From: Psilocybe cubensis
Taxonomy: Eukaryota
DNA length: 64,000 bases
Assembly: GCA_017499595.2 (NCBI GenBank)
Contig: CM039005.1
Coordinates: 2,914,001 to 2,978,000 of the forward strand
Reading direction: 5' to 3'
The notes beneath the pieces are model-generated. The model was not told where the DNA came from. It made no database searches and saw only the letters and a list, made by a program, of their open reading frames with translations. Below, piece by piece: positions 1 through 12,606 of the stretch. Made by a program: the position numbers and the translations under genes. The number at the start of each line of letters is the position of its first letter. Position 1 is the stretch's first letter.

Positions 1-1522
1 CTATGTTCTGCACGCATATTGCTGTGTTCTGCACGCAATGTCACAACGGTGTCACACATAGGGTTGTATCATTTCTCTTTAGTACTCTTTTATTTCGTGC
101 GTAAGGATGATGGTGGATGCTGTTGTACTGTATTGTTTCAAATGCAATTGATATATCTTTAATGCGCTGCGGCCACACTTGCCTAATTCTTGCCGTGATT
201 GCATTTGGATTAATTACTAGTCATCTATTCAGCAATCTATGACACACAGAGGTCATTCCTGTGTTCTTTTGACTCCGGTATTAACAAACTGCAATAAAGC
301 ATTACTAGTACTGCTGGCACGTCCTAAAACACAAGATGGCTTGGCATGCCGTTTTTCTCGGCGTGTCCCCCGAACCAATCTCCGACAGACAAAGCAACTG
401 TCGGCATTGCAAGTTGTAACCGGCAACCGTTTATGTTCGGTGATGTCCGATCACGTCACCAAGCCTGTGAACTTGGGCGAAAAAAAAAACTGGACATACA
501 TTTTGCGTCAGTAAACAACAAAGAGCGTGACAACACAGCACGCTAATCGCACTCAGATGTACGCATCCGACACGCAAGCAGCACGCGACCTACTTTCCCA
601 CGTGCACGCGAGGACGCGCGATGACACGCGATGACACGCGACCCTATTAAATGCGTGTAATTGACACGCAAAAACTTGTAGTTTGCACGCAATGGTCCCG
701 CAGGTAAGTTCTTCTCGCACGCCAGTACGAACTTAGGCGTTTTCGAGTTGAACCACTTTTGTAAAATATATTCAATCAAAATCTCACTGCAGGTCCCAGA
801 GATGTTTGCGAAGAGACAATGTTAGAGCGGCTTTCACCCACGTAATGTATCAATGGTGTAGTTTAGTTGGACAACAATTTATATCCACAAAACATTAAAT
901 ATTGCAGATTTCGAACGTCACCGATTGAGTTTGTGGTTTGGTGTGAGACTTTCCCATACTCAAACCTTGGATGGAGTGGTGGTGGCACCCTTTATAACTG
1001 TGTTAATGCTGTTTGAATCCAAATGTGTTATGGGTGTCCACATGAAATAATATATTCCAGAATTAAATGAGAAGGGATCAACTATACGACGCCTGTCTAT
1101 GATGTTGTTTCATCAGGCCCTTAAAAATCTGCACAAAGCTCGTGAGGAAGACCACTATTGACAATCAAACCTGTTATCAAGTATGAGAAGCAAATTTTAA
1201 TTGACGAGTATAGTACCTTAATAAACTCTAAACGACTTTAGAACAAAGTCCCAACCCAATGCTTATTATAACTAGATAGGTAATATGTAATACTCCTGGC
1301 AGTACTTAGTATACCATGCTAGATGTGAAATTTATGCTGAAATATGCACGCAAAGAACACGCTACATCAATGACGCTGCACGTATTTCAATTACATGCAC
1401 ACGCAAGGTTTGACAACTTGCACGCAAACTCATAAGAAAGTCACGCAAATTTACCGAATGCCATTTATGCGTGCCACGCAAAAATAGGTCGCACGCGGGC
1501 AAGCCACGCTCTTTTCCTGGTG
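1..1522. mobile_element. Putative right end of a CMC/CACTA-like DNA transposon with subterminal CACGC repeats
   Basis: About 19 same-strand CACGC motifs cluster at 10-40, 538-722 and 1346-1510. The cluster ends at CTTTTCCTGGTG (1511-1522), whose reverse complement CACCAGGAAAAG resembles a CAC-starting TIR. The partner end and TSD would lie outside the window. Confidence 0.4.
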
Positions 1523-3887
1523 CCCTCCGTTGGTCGTGCAAATCACCTAACAGTGTCAAGCGTCAGTGTCATTTACTGTTTAAGTGCCAAATCCTAGTCC
1601 GTTTAATGGGACTCACGTCGCTTGCCTCAGGCTTTGCTCTTAAATCTGTCAATGATTTCGTCTCACTGGAGAAATAGCTCGCTTACCGTGGAATTTAAAA
1701 CGTATACCTCATGAACCGTTCGTACCATGAAAGAATATACACACTTCTCCTTGCGCATACATGGTTCAAGCGACATATACCTAGCCAGATACAAGGTCAG
1801 GAACGTGGTGTATAACCGTGAACTTGGCGATATTATACCCGTCGTTCAACCACCACGCTTCGGCGCGCCCGTGCCCTGGTACCCGCCTGCCTCCATTCCA
1901 AAACTCTAAGTCGAAGGAGGCAGCTGAAGAGCTGGTCGTGATAATAAACGTCTCAAAGTTCACTCCTCAACACCCTACTTTCCAATCACCGCCGTTACCT
2001 CAGTCTTTGGTGCGGTGTATGTCCCTGTATCTATGTGCACTATGACTTCAGTGAGAGATGACAGTGATACCAGTATACATCGAAAGGTATCATACCGTAG
2101 AAATATCTAACCCTCCAATGATCTATACACCTCCCATCTCCATGCGCATACATCGTATCAACAAACGTTCGCATCGCTATAGATACATCTGCGTTGAAAG
2201 CAGGTGAAGCAGGTGAAACATGAGCAACGATGTGCATGTCATTAATCGTAACAGCGTCATACCTGCCCTTTAAAGAACCGTCCTTGCGTTTTCCCGACCA
2301 CTGGCGACAACCTCCCCCAGGACGCGAGAATATCTAATTTCAGAGTTCCCACATTTATCCACACTAGAAATGGGGGAAGAAGCGGAGTCCCATCTTGAAT
2401 CCGTCGAGTGAAAAGGAAACGATGGTCGAGATGGTGATTAGTAATGAGGGTGTAGAGTGAATTAATGTTGGCATGGTCGTTCGATTTGATGGAGAGACTG
2501 TAAAATTACGGCGAGGGCGTGTATTAGAGAGGCTATTCATGACTGTGGCAGATGCATGAGATCAAAGTTGTGTGGCTGCTTAAACGGGTACGTGGATGGC
2601 GTCAGATTAGGGAGGAGGTGTGTGGTAGATAAAGTCCTGGGAAGTAGGAAGTGGGGAGGGTCAAAATAAAATGGGTACGCACCACATATGGATGAGCTCC
2701 TGCCTTCTAATATCGCACACCACACCCTGCTGGGATCCTTTACTCTTTGTGACGAGGCGGGAAGGCGGGGACCCTTTGCGTGGAAGGTTGCTTGATGAAA
2801 ATGATTTGGTACGGTGCATGCCGGAAGGAATACGCAGCAGTTATTGTGAGACACTGGATTTTTCTGCTTATCTTCGTCCAACAGCAACCCAATATGTCAG
2901 CATGGCCTTCGAAATTCGGGAATCGAGATAGAGGGTGGTGAGCCTACCTACAAATTGGGCCACAGGCAAACCACAGATCGGCGATGCGAATCGGAAGAAA
3001 GCGCTATACGAATGGCATGTCTCAGTTCTTCGTAAGCATCAAAAGCATGGAAACATGGCCGTGGGCCTTTCCTAGATTTAAGAACCAACTGAACGCTGAC
3101 CTTGCGGTCGCAAAGTTGTCGTTTAAGACTCCGCTTGAACATTGTCCCACGGTACTCGCGCACGAACCATTGTGGGAACTTTGACTTTGCGGTACACAAA
3201 TCTCTGACGCTTTATTATTGCTAATGAATATTGTCCCAATTTTTCGCATTTATGACTGTTACTTGTTTATTGTCGAAAAATAATAAGTAAAATCCTCCTG
3301 TATGCACCCTGTTTTGATGATTTAGTGATTAGGAACAAGAATATACAACAGGCGCAGTGGAAAACGGTTTGCCGAAGCTGAGGATGAGGATACAAAGAGC
3401 CCTGGGACTACGACTATGCTGCGCGCTGGAGCTATCTTGTATATTAAGGGAGTATTTCTTCTTTTCTGATCTGGAAAATTGCCCATTGGGACAAGGGTCA
3501 GTGAACTTGTGAAGCTTTACATTTGGGTTGAACACTTATGACTCACATTCCCTTCACCACAGAATTTTGGGGAGTGTATGTTCATGTATCTATCAGATAC
3601 ATCGGAGATTTCATTTAAAATTAGGGGTAGAGAACTCCCTGCAATTTTTCGGCTCATACTTCGTTGAAGTGATATTTCGAACTGTTGCCCTTCGCGTGTT
3701 CGCCTTGAGCACAAATTTGAATCGGTTAACGTTTGTTGAGACGGGAGTGGACCTTCCTTAGATTACAATCCTATACTACTGAAGTATACAATCAACCACC
3801 CAACAGCACCATATTTATTTACTTTACAAATTTCCCATTATTCCAGATCAAGATTCCGTGTTGATAGTCGCCATTCAATTCATTTCA

Positions 3888-4346
3888 TTAAAGCTTGGTT
3901 CCATCACCAAATGCAATGACGAGTTCAGCACCTCCAGGGTCAGTGCGGACACCCCCGAGAGTGGCTGGGCGACTCGGGTTGGTACCGTAGCAGTCGGTGA
4001 CGAGTTGGTTGAAGGTGGCCAAGCACGATGAGTTGCTGGCAAAGTTTCCAAAGAACCCGGCGGATTGGAAACCGAAGATGAGGCGGCCAGCGGAGGAGAT
4101 ACCAGGGCCCGCGGCGTACTCGTTGCAGAAAATTCCGGCATCGGTGCGTCTGAGGAAAAGGAATGGAATGTCAATACGGGATTAACTGTGATTAAATCAT
4201 AATTATACTTACAAGTCAGCCAACGGGCCGTAGTTAGCAGCGACTGGCGTAGCGGATGTCCAGCACCTGGACGTGGTTTGAGCTGCAACACCACTGAGAG
4301 CGGATGCAGCCATTGCGAGAGTAGAGAAGACAGTTGAGAACTTCAT
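3888..4346 (-). CDS. Small secreted 4-Cys protein, 131 aa, copy 1 (intron 4150-4212)
   Basis: Spliced model reads MKFSTVFSTLAMAASALSGVAAQTTSRCW...GIFCNEY...SCLATFNQLVTDCYG...GGAELVIAFGDGTKL*. It has a signal-peptide-like N-terminus, a 63-nt GTAAGT..CAG intron, a 5'UTR intron and an upstream TATA. Confidence 0.85.
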
Positions 4347-5512
4347 GTTTAAGCTGATCTCTCGAAGAATCTAATAAGCTTTTTATCACACATGATCATG
4401 AGGAGCAAGCTTACCTTGTGAGTTATCGAGTTCAAGTTGGACTGATGGTGAAAGACGTTGACTGCCTCCCTTTTATACCGTTTGGTAGCCCATTGGATTC
4501 CGTGCTTTTTTAATTGGTAACCGGTCAGAACACACGTTCGATAAGTTCTAAGATCTTCTAGCGGCGCTTAGACAATTGTGACTCTATTACACCGTCTGGG
4601 ACTCATTTTAAGCCTAGGTTCATTGTCCTGTCATAGAAGAAGTACCATCATCATGGAAGACAGATATCCTTTGTAAGCCTTTCAGTCTACTGGAGAACCC
4701 CAAGGCGGTTTCGAGCATTTGTTTGCATTTCATTCACTATCCGAATAGAGTGATCTCCTGTCTGTTCTGGCTCCGCCCGTTCTCACACTGCTTCTATAAC
4801 ACTAAATAGCTGTGTACAAGAACACATGTTCCTTCTCTATTCTTGGAATCAACTTATGTCGTGATCGATCGTGGAATAGTCCGTCTTTAGTAGCATATGG
4901 AATGGGTGTTTCCATAAAAGTACAAAGTAAATGTTGCAAGAGGCGTAGTACATAGACAGAAGACTAGATCCTGTCGGTAATGAATGTCGGCTGCAGATCG
5001 ACGTTTCGTAAGAAAGAAATAGTAGAATACATTTCGAGGCCTGTTAACACTAGTGCATTGTTGTTTGATCTACAAGCATACAATTGACACGCAGTGGTAT
5101 ACATGTTTACTTCGGAGCCGAAAGGGAAACGAGTTTCTGTGATTGAGTATATTTTTGACGCTGGCAGTGCACAAGTGTGAATTGATTCTGTTAGTCTGGT
5201 TGTAGTTGAATACAACAATTCAACGTACGCAGTCCAGCTCTGAAGGTGAAGTTTTACCAATACATTCGCAAACGAACAACCTCACTAGAAGCTCAAGACA
5301 ATTGCCAAACACATCTATCCAAAGTTGGGAATCAATTGAAAAGCTACCAAATATACACGCACATACTTTGGAGGCAAAGGATATAAAGGCAAATGTGTTA
5401 TGGTCTTTTAGCATCAGTCCAACTCGAACTCGATAACTCACAAGGTAAGCTTGCTCCTCATCATCTTGTGTGACGATCAGCTTATTAGAGTCTTCGATAA
5501 ATCAGCGTAAAC

Positions 5513-5971
5513 ATGAAGTTCTCAACTGTCTTCTCTACACTCGCAATGGCTGCATCCGCTCTCAGTGGTGTTGCAGCTCAAACCACGTCCAGGTGCTGGA
5601 CATCCGCTACGCCAGTCGCTGCTAACTACGGCCCGTTGGCTGACTTGTAAGTATAATTATGATTTAATCACATTTAATCCCGTATTGACATTCCATTCCT
5701 TTTCCTCAGACGCACCGATGCCGGAATTTTCTGCAACGAGTACGCCGCGGGCCCTGGTATCTCCTCCGCCGGCCGCCTCATCTTCGGTTTCCAATCCGCC
5801 GGGTTCTTTGGAAACTTTGCCAGCAACTCATCGTGCTTGGCCACCTTCAACCAACTCGTCACCGACTGCTACGGTACCAACCCGAGTCGCCCAGCCACCC
5901 TGGGTGGTGTCCGCACCGACCCTGGAGGTGCTGAACTCGTCATTGCATTCGGTGATGGAACCAAGCTTTAA
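5513..5971 (+). CDS. Small secreted 4-Cys protein, 131 aa, copy 2 (intron 5647-5709)
   Basis: Exons 5513-5646 and 5710-5971 total 396 nt. Protein identical to copy 1. TATA near 5381, 5'UTR intron about 5445-5488. Confidence 0.85.
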
Positions 5972-7078
5972 TCGAACGAAAAAGGGTACATGTTGAAAGG
6001 ATAATGTGAATTTGAATTTTGGGAAACTTTGTAAAGTAAATTGATATTGTGCTTTGGGTGGTTGATTGTATACTACAGTAGCATACAATTGTAATCTAAC
6101 CAACGTCCACCTATCCCAGTACATCCCCTTATGCGTAATGCCAGCCGAAGTGAGCAGATCAAGGTATCTTTGAGCCGGTAAGTCACACATTGCCGTCGTT
6201 GTTGGTGCTTTGGCGCCCCGTTGTCCCGATGTCTACCAAGATCTGCGACGAACCAGGAGACTTGGCCAGTGCCTTACCTGCTCAATGTGAAATCCGGTAT
6301 GACTCATAAAAAGCAAAGGTCCATTTTTCGATATAAAAATAACAGAAAATGATCTAACATACCACCGGCACTAGCATGACCACACTCACACTTACCCTCA
6401 ACCACACCCACTCTTTCTTCTTGTAAATGTAGCAGCGTATGTGCGGTGCAAATCAAAGTTCGGAGAGCAAGTAATGTATTTCAATATACGCGATTGAATA
6501 CACTGGATAGAGGGTATCAGATATGAACCATCCAACGTCTAACATCCATCAGCCGACAGGGGCAACACGGGAGACGAGGAAGACTAAAGGACACGAGACA
6601 CGAAAGCGTATACGAAAGAACCAAACCGGAGTATTCAAGTCAAAAAAAAAAAAAGGAACGGAACAGGAAACGAGGAGAGAAAGTGGGGCAAGACGTGTAA
6701 AGATGACAGACGAAGAGATGGTGTACGTGAAACGGAACACCAGCCTCGGGGAAAGACAAGACAAGAATGGATGCCGTTCGTACTGCAGCATAAGACGCCG
6801 AACTAGCACACAGGGGGTGCTGCCTACTGGCACATATGCTCATCAAAACACGGCGTAATATAGTCTTCAGCATGGTAACACTGGCGTCGAGATTGGAGCA
6901 AATTCTTGAAGTTTTACGGCGGATCAGTCCGGAGATGGATGGCGCAAGAGGCAGCAGTCGTTGTTCTGCAGAGTAAATCGCGTGAAGATATGATAATACA
7001 GGACCCTGAGAGAAAGCGATAGGTTTTGTAGCCACACAAGCGGAATATATTCGGTGTCCCAGATAATGGTTTCATTCA

Positions 7079-8158
7079 TCTGCAAATGAACAATGGGACA
7101 TAATCAAAAAAAATGTGAATAGAGTTATAACTGACCATCCCTTTGCTGCTGACCCGCCATCACCATCTTTCACTTTCGCCTTACCCCTCCTACGCTTGGA
7201 TAACGATGTTCCAGCGACGGTACCACGCTCATCATCAACTCGCAGTGGTGGTTTGTACGTCACTGGTCCATGAACGTAATTCAGCCAGGGCCGTTCTTTT
7301 GTTGGCGGAGGCACCACTTCCTTGGATAATGGAACGGGTGCTGGTACTCGTGGTGCCATACCCTCCTCCAGGTCATCCATGTTAGCATTGCGCGAACTAG
7401 GCCGAGAAGGCACAGGTGTGGTGACAGTGGTATATGAGGAGACCACCACGCGACCACGCGCGTTCCCTGGTTTGGATGTGAGGGACATGACTTTGTGCGT
7501 CTGGGATTGGGGTTGGGACTGGCGTGAGGGAGGTGCCGATGCAGCAGTCATCCTGTTCGCTGCAGGTGAGGGTGACGCAGTACCAGATCCACTTCCCGTG
7601 CGAAGCATCGGGAATGCGCCAGCCTCTATCCTGGCCTGTTCTATCTCCCGTTCTCGCGCTGTCTGTTCTGCCGCAAGAGTGGACTCCAATTCGGCCTCGA
7701 TTTGTACAACGAGAGCGTCCCGCGATATTGATCGTGATGTGGATGGTGAAGAAGAAGAAGCGGTGATAAGAGGTTCAGTACAGTGTGGACATGCATAGTA
7801 CGGCGCGTTCATGGAGCATAGAATGAGCCCGCACGAACAACAACGGCGTGTATGGAGACAGCTCATGCGTACGAGCTGTGTGCATTGTGAATTCGCATAA
7901 AACGTGAATGAATAGAGTTTTTCACGCACCAAGACAGAAACACCCTCCTTTTGGATCCCTTTCATCAAGCTTGCTCTTTCTTAGTCCTGAGAGTAGCTTT
8001 TCAAGCTTGCGCACGGGCTTGCTTTTAGGTGGTTTGTCATCGCGCTGCTCGTTTCCTTTTCCTTTATTTTTGGACTGTGTTGCGCTCGGAGGCGGTTTCG
8101 GTTTGATTCTATCCGAAGGAAAAGATGAGGTAGATTTTGTACAAGGTGTCCGACTCAT
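7079..8158 (-). CDS. zf-C2HC5 (ASC-1/TRIP4/Rqt4-type zinc finger) protein with an apparent frameshift near 7843
   Basis: Exon 1 ends GGCFCL, intron 7876-7929, then ARTHELSPYTP, then in another frame CCSCGLILC..YACPHC. Together these give the C-x-C-x3-H..C-x2-C-x4-C..C-x2-C pattern. The stop TG/A appears split by a terminal intron. Confidence 0.7.
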
Positions 8159-8620
8159 GGCCGCTGTAATCGCTGTTGGATGATAAGCGCTAAGCGCTAA
8201 GCATTGACTGTATTGTTTGGCTTTGCATCGATGGAAATTAATCTCCGCTCCAAATATTGGCGTGGGACATTCAGGACGGCAATTCGGCTTTGGCGATATC
8301 GATGACTTGAAGCCAGCCTGTAGCCAGCTATAGAGGGCGGGTTGGGCGAAATTAAAACAAATCACAATCATCTCATTAAAACATTCTTCTGAACAGATTA
8401 TAAAGCCCAAAGGGCCCATTTTTTTTTTATTTTTTTAATGGCGTGCACATGCTTCTATCGTAAGCCTAACTAGAGTATAGTACAGTGCTACTGGTAATAA
8501 GCAGGTGGAGGCCGGTTTATTCTAAATTTTATAGTAAAATGCAAACTTAATCGAGACCAAGACCGAGAAACAGGACAGGAACGGAAACGCTAGACACAAA
8601 CAGAGAAACAGGACGAGATG

Positions 8621-8700
8621 CAGACACAATCCGAGAAACAGAACAAGAAGCAGTTACAATCCGAGAAACAGAACAAGAGCCAGAAACAAATCGAGAACAA
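8621..8700. repeat. Short tandem repeat (~30-bp unit, about 2.7 copies) in a purine-rich low-complexity tract
   Basis: ACAATCCGAGAAACAGAACAAGA occurs twice at 30-bp spacing, followed by a degenerate third copy. Confidence 0.7.
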
Positions 8701-9229
8701 ACACAATAACAATACCAGGAACGAGACTGAGGACAAGAGACAAATACATGAAAACAAGCAACAAAAACACACAGAAGCAACCAAGCCAAACCTAAAATGG
8801 GAGGGGGAAAGGGAAGGGAAGGAGGAGGGAGAGCGGAGGGGGAGGGGGAATATTCATAGGAAAAGCAAAGGACCGACGCCACGGACGATTGGTAACAATA
8901 TATGCGTACGTGGAGCAGAAACTAGGGGAAATTGCTTTCGAGTTGAATGTTGATGCCGTTTTCAATGGGTGTGAACGATTAATAAACTGTAATTAAGTCG
9001 AAATTGGTCATTACTATTTACCATGAATAGCTGCTGAATAACTCACTGATACAATATAAATTGACTTGTTCATGATGAACAACCAACCACAATGTACCAA
9101 ACCATCACGAAAGCAATGACTCTTGAAGAGGTGACCTTGAAGTAGAATCATCTCTGTGACTTTGGTGAATCGACATCATGATCAAGACGAAAATATCGTC
9201 GCTCATGACGGACTCGTCAACAGAGAATC

Positions 9230-9690
9230 CTCTAGGGCCAGTCATTGTTTTCGTGGCAGCAGGGTTGGGCGGGAAACATTCCAGAGGGCAGTAAGGAATA
9301 GGATAGTACTGGCGGTAGTTTGTCATGATGTCAGAATCAGATAAAACAATGAAAGTATCTTGTGCACCAACCCAAGTGGCATTGCGAACCCGAGACCTCT
9401 AGAGATGTTTTGGAGATATCCGAGATACTGTGTGCCAATACCGAAAATATCAACCAACGGCTTTATCAAATGACTCTCGTCTAATGTTACAACAATTAGG
9501 TGTCAGCATTGCATGTTTTGAATTTCTGCGACAACAACACTTACCAGAACAATGATCAGAGCGCCAACTAGTTGTCAGATTCCGCATGAGCTAGCACCAG
9601 ACGCATTGTAGACCGCAACCATTCCTTGGGTGCCAATGCACCCTAGGTAGGAGAGGGCATTCAGCCGTTTGCCTCAGATGCCTGTGCACC
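9230..9690 (-). pseudogene. Degenerate multi-exon gene, possibly a membrane protein
   Basis: Minus-strand GT..AG intron-like segments, TATA near 9845, and a hydrophobic peptide LNALSYLGCIGTQGMVAVYNASGASSCGI*QLVGALIIVL containing an internal stop. Confidence 0.25.
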
Positions 9691-10572
9691 CGAGGCTGGA
9701 AAATGTTATTCGTCAGGCATATCAATGCCTTTTAAAAGAAGCGTAGTGTTATTCGAGGAGAATGTGTGTGAGAGTAATGGGGATTCGCTGTGAAGCGACG
9801 GTCGTGGTATGAAGGAAAGTAAAGGAACAGAGTAACTGGTTTTATACCTTCATGATGTTCCAGCCTCCTGGCCAAATTTTAAAACAATGAATCAGGCTCC
9901 CCCGACGGCGGATTAAATGAGGATCGAGCCTAGTTGTACTGCAGGTCAGTCATAAACACGTATTTCAGACAGTGTAATGAGCCAATTCGACAACGTGAGG
10001 TTCTGGTGCACGTACAATAGGAATGTAAGAGCATGAGTGTAAGGCAGGTAATCCTGATCCAACAATGTGCACAACCACCAGCATGCACCACTCTGGTGGG
10101 CAAGTATGGACTCTGTCAGCAATCCATAAGCTAATAAACGGGTTATCAATGAAACAGAAGCTGGGGCTTCTTAAGCCGAACGGCGTAACCACATCAGACA
10201 AACATACGTTGGCTTCTGGAACCCGCCATACAACTTTATCGACCGTGCGTACTATTAAGGCAGATTATGTTGTACACCCAGTATCACATATGGTGATACT
10301 TGAAGAATCAATTTGGAATTCTTGTGGTCCACGATGACAAGTCTCCGAGAAAGATGAATGTCATTACAAAATAGAGGATACCTACAGTGGACATTTAACA
10401 GGGAGATGGTTCCTTGAAGTCCCAAAATGGAGCCAAAGGGATTGAAAGTTACCCCATCGAGCACAGAAATGCCGTTCTACACATCTGGACACGGGACTTC
10501 AAACCGCAAGCATTCACCCCATCGACAAGAGTTGATAAAAATCACCCACAGGAGTCTGAAACAAGCTGTAAG

Positions 10573-11901
10573 CTATGGAAAGCGAGACTGTCAAGCCTCG
10601 AAAGCCGTTGCCAAACATCATCGGGTTGTCAAGCCGGGCACGCTTGGCAAACTCTCGGCGAGCAAAGACTCCGTGCACCTAGTGCCGCCAAAAGACATAG
10701 TTAGAATTTAATAAGATCAGGTTGTGTAGACTATATGTACACAATTTCTCCGCTACGTGGTGCATATATAAGAGCATCCATGCAAAAAAGGGGGGATTTA
10801 GTGCTCCCGCGCTGCTTGCAGCAGCATGAGCGGCCCGCCCGTGGGGTTTGGTGTAAAATGCAAGTAAAATGGCTACTTTTAATCGCGCGCAACACATGTA
10901 CAAGTTAACCTCGTAAAATGCTCACTCCCATTCACAAAAACATTTGATAGCACTGTCTGGCAATTGTATAGATGTAATAAAACCCTATAAAGTAGTTTAT
11001 ATCAAGACATTATGGCGGAAATTGATAGTATCATGTATAATAAAGGCCCTACAACGACTGTAGCTTGTGATCTACCATCAACGCACATAGACGCTGAGAA
11101 CTTGCTGACCGACCCACAAGTTATGACCCATTTGTAAGTAACTTTTTAACATGAAATTTATTTTTTGAGGTTATATTATCTCCATTGCACAATCTCTTTG
11201 GTGAAGGAAATGTTCAAGAGAATAATTTATGAGTTTGCCATTTCAGGACAGGTGCAACACATAATGCTTTGAATTGGATCCCCTAAATATAGAGAAGGCG
11301 GGCACAGGTGGAGTGTGTTAAAAGAGACACTCTGAGCTATAATGTCTACTATGCTCATTAATCAAATGTTATTGTTCTTCATATACAAAATTTGACTCCC
11401 ATACGCTTCACATTATTAGTAGCAAAGCAAACCTACTAGAGTACACTAACTACTGTTAAGGTATACCAAAGATTGTATACTGTAATTTTCTTGCTATAAA
11501 TCAGAACGCTGTATTTTGGGAAAGGGATCAAAGGGCCAATGATTGACCCTCAAGCGCATCCATCCGCTCTGTGAGTCGAGACTCGATTGAGGAAAACACC
11601 TGGCAATGAGTTTGATCGACTGACGCTCACACGGTAATCCTGGCCCACGGGTAATCCTTTGTGTTACCGAATGAGTGGCAGTCTTTCAAAATAAATCCCT
11701 GCTGAACATGTAGTAGGTCGAGGTTGAGGCGCCCAACAGAATGCCACCATCCGAGTCGAGCTTGGCAGTGGCTGATACGACGGTACCCAAAGGGGGTTTC
11801 CGGGGTCAGGTTGCGCCTCTGGATTAAACAAATAACCGGCAAACTCATCCGGTCAATGTTTGGCAACGGCTTTTGAGGCTTGACAGTCTCGCTTTCCATA
11901 G
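10573..11901. repeat. 46-bp inverted repeat (10573-10618 / 11856-11901) within degenerate paralogous coding fragments
   Basis: CTATGGAAAGCGAGACTGTCAAGCCTC[G/A]AAAGCCGTTGCCAAACAT, one mismatch. Both arms translate as YGKRDCQASKAVAKH. Confidence 0.75.
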
Positions 11902-12606
11902 TAAGCTAGGCGCTTCAAATACCCTTTGTCCAATAATAGAAGTTTTGGAACTGGACATCTTTTCTCATGGCTGATTCCGTGCCCGCCGCTTTCCCCTTCG
12001 TACACAGCGTAAGTGCTGTTGCGCTAGTAGTCTGAGCTGGTCTGAGGCAAGCGAGCAATTTTGGTTGCTAGTGTACGTTTTAAATAGTAACTATGTTATA
12101 CTATTTATTCTAACATATGCTTCAGACAGTTTGAGTGCCCAACAACGGCACAATGCTGACCTATTCCAAGGCCGTGTGGCGAAATGGCATCGCGTCTGAC
12201 TACGATTGGTTGTAACTCATCCCATTCTTTGAAATCAGGAGATTGTAGGTTCGAGACCTACCTCGGTCATATTATTTTATCCATCCCATCGAGTTCTTCC
12301 CAAGTTCTTCTACTGTATTCAATTTTTCTTTGTCTTGAATTTTTTTGGACAATGCTTTTATCCCTGCAACACAAAACGCAGCTGAGAATGTACCTGCTAG
12401 AGGACGGTATTCACAAGGGTCCCACATCATGAGATAGATCCTGCTTTGATCAATTACGGGCTTCCATACAAAAGCATTAGAAGGTGTTCTGTTTTATCGA
12501 GGTTAAAAATGTAGTAAAAGCGCCTTGTTGCGGAGCAAAATGTGTCCAACTCTATGCGTCGCTCCAATGTATATACGGCCGTTTATTTGCAACTTTTTCT
12601 TCAAAG

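Larger units (their letters stand above)
3888..5971. repeat. Inverted duplication; arms about 3888-4432 and 5427-5971 around a unique ~1-kb spacer
   Basis: Direct comparison of the two arms; similarity stops at the stop codons. Confidence 0.9.

Noticed and set aside
3875..5996. ORF-track 139-aa and 143-aa ORFs (MVLQLKPRPG...)
   Set aside because: Wrong-frame read-through of the intron; the spliced frame gives a signal peptide and only synonymous differences between copies.
10740..11620. AT-rich segment as a MITE or Helitron
   Set aside because: No convincing TIR pair, TSD or hairpin-CTRR end could be delimited.
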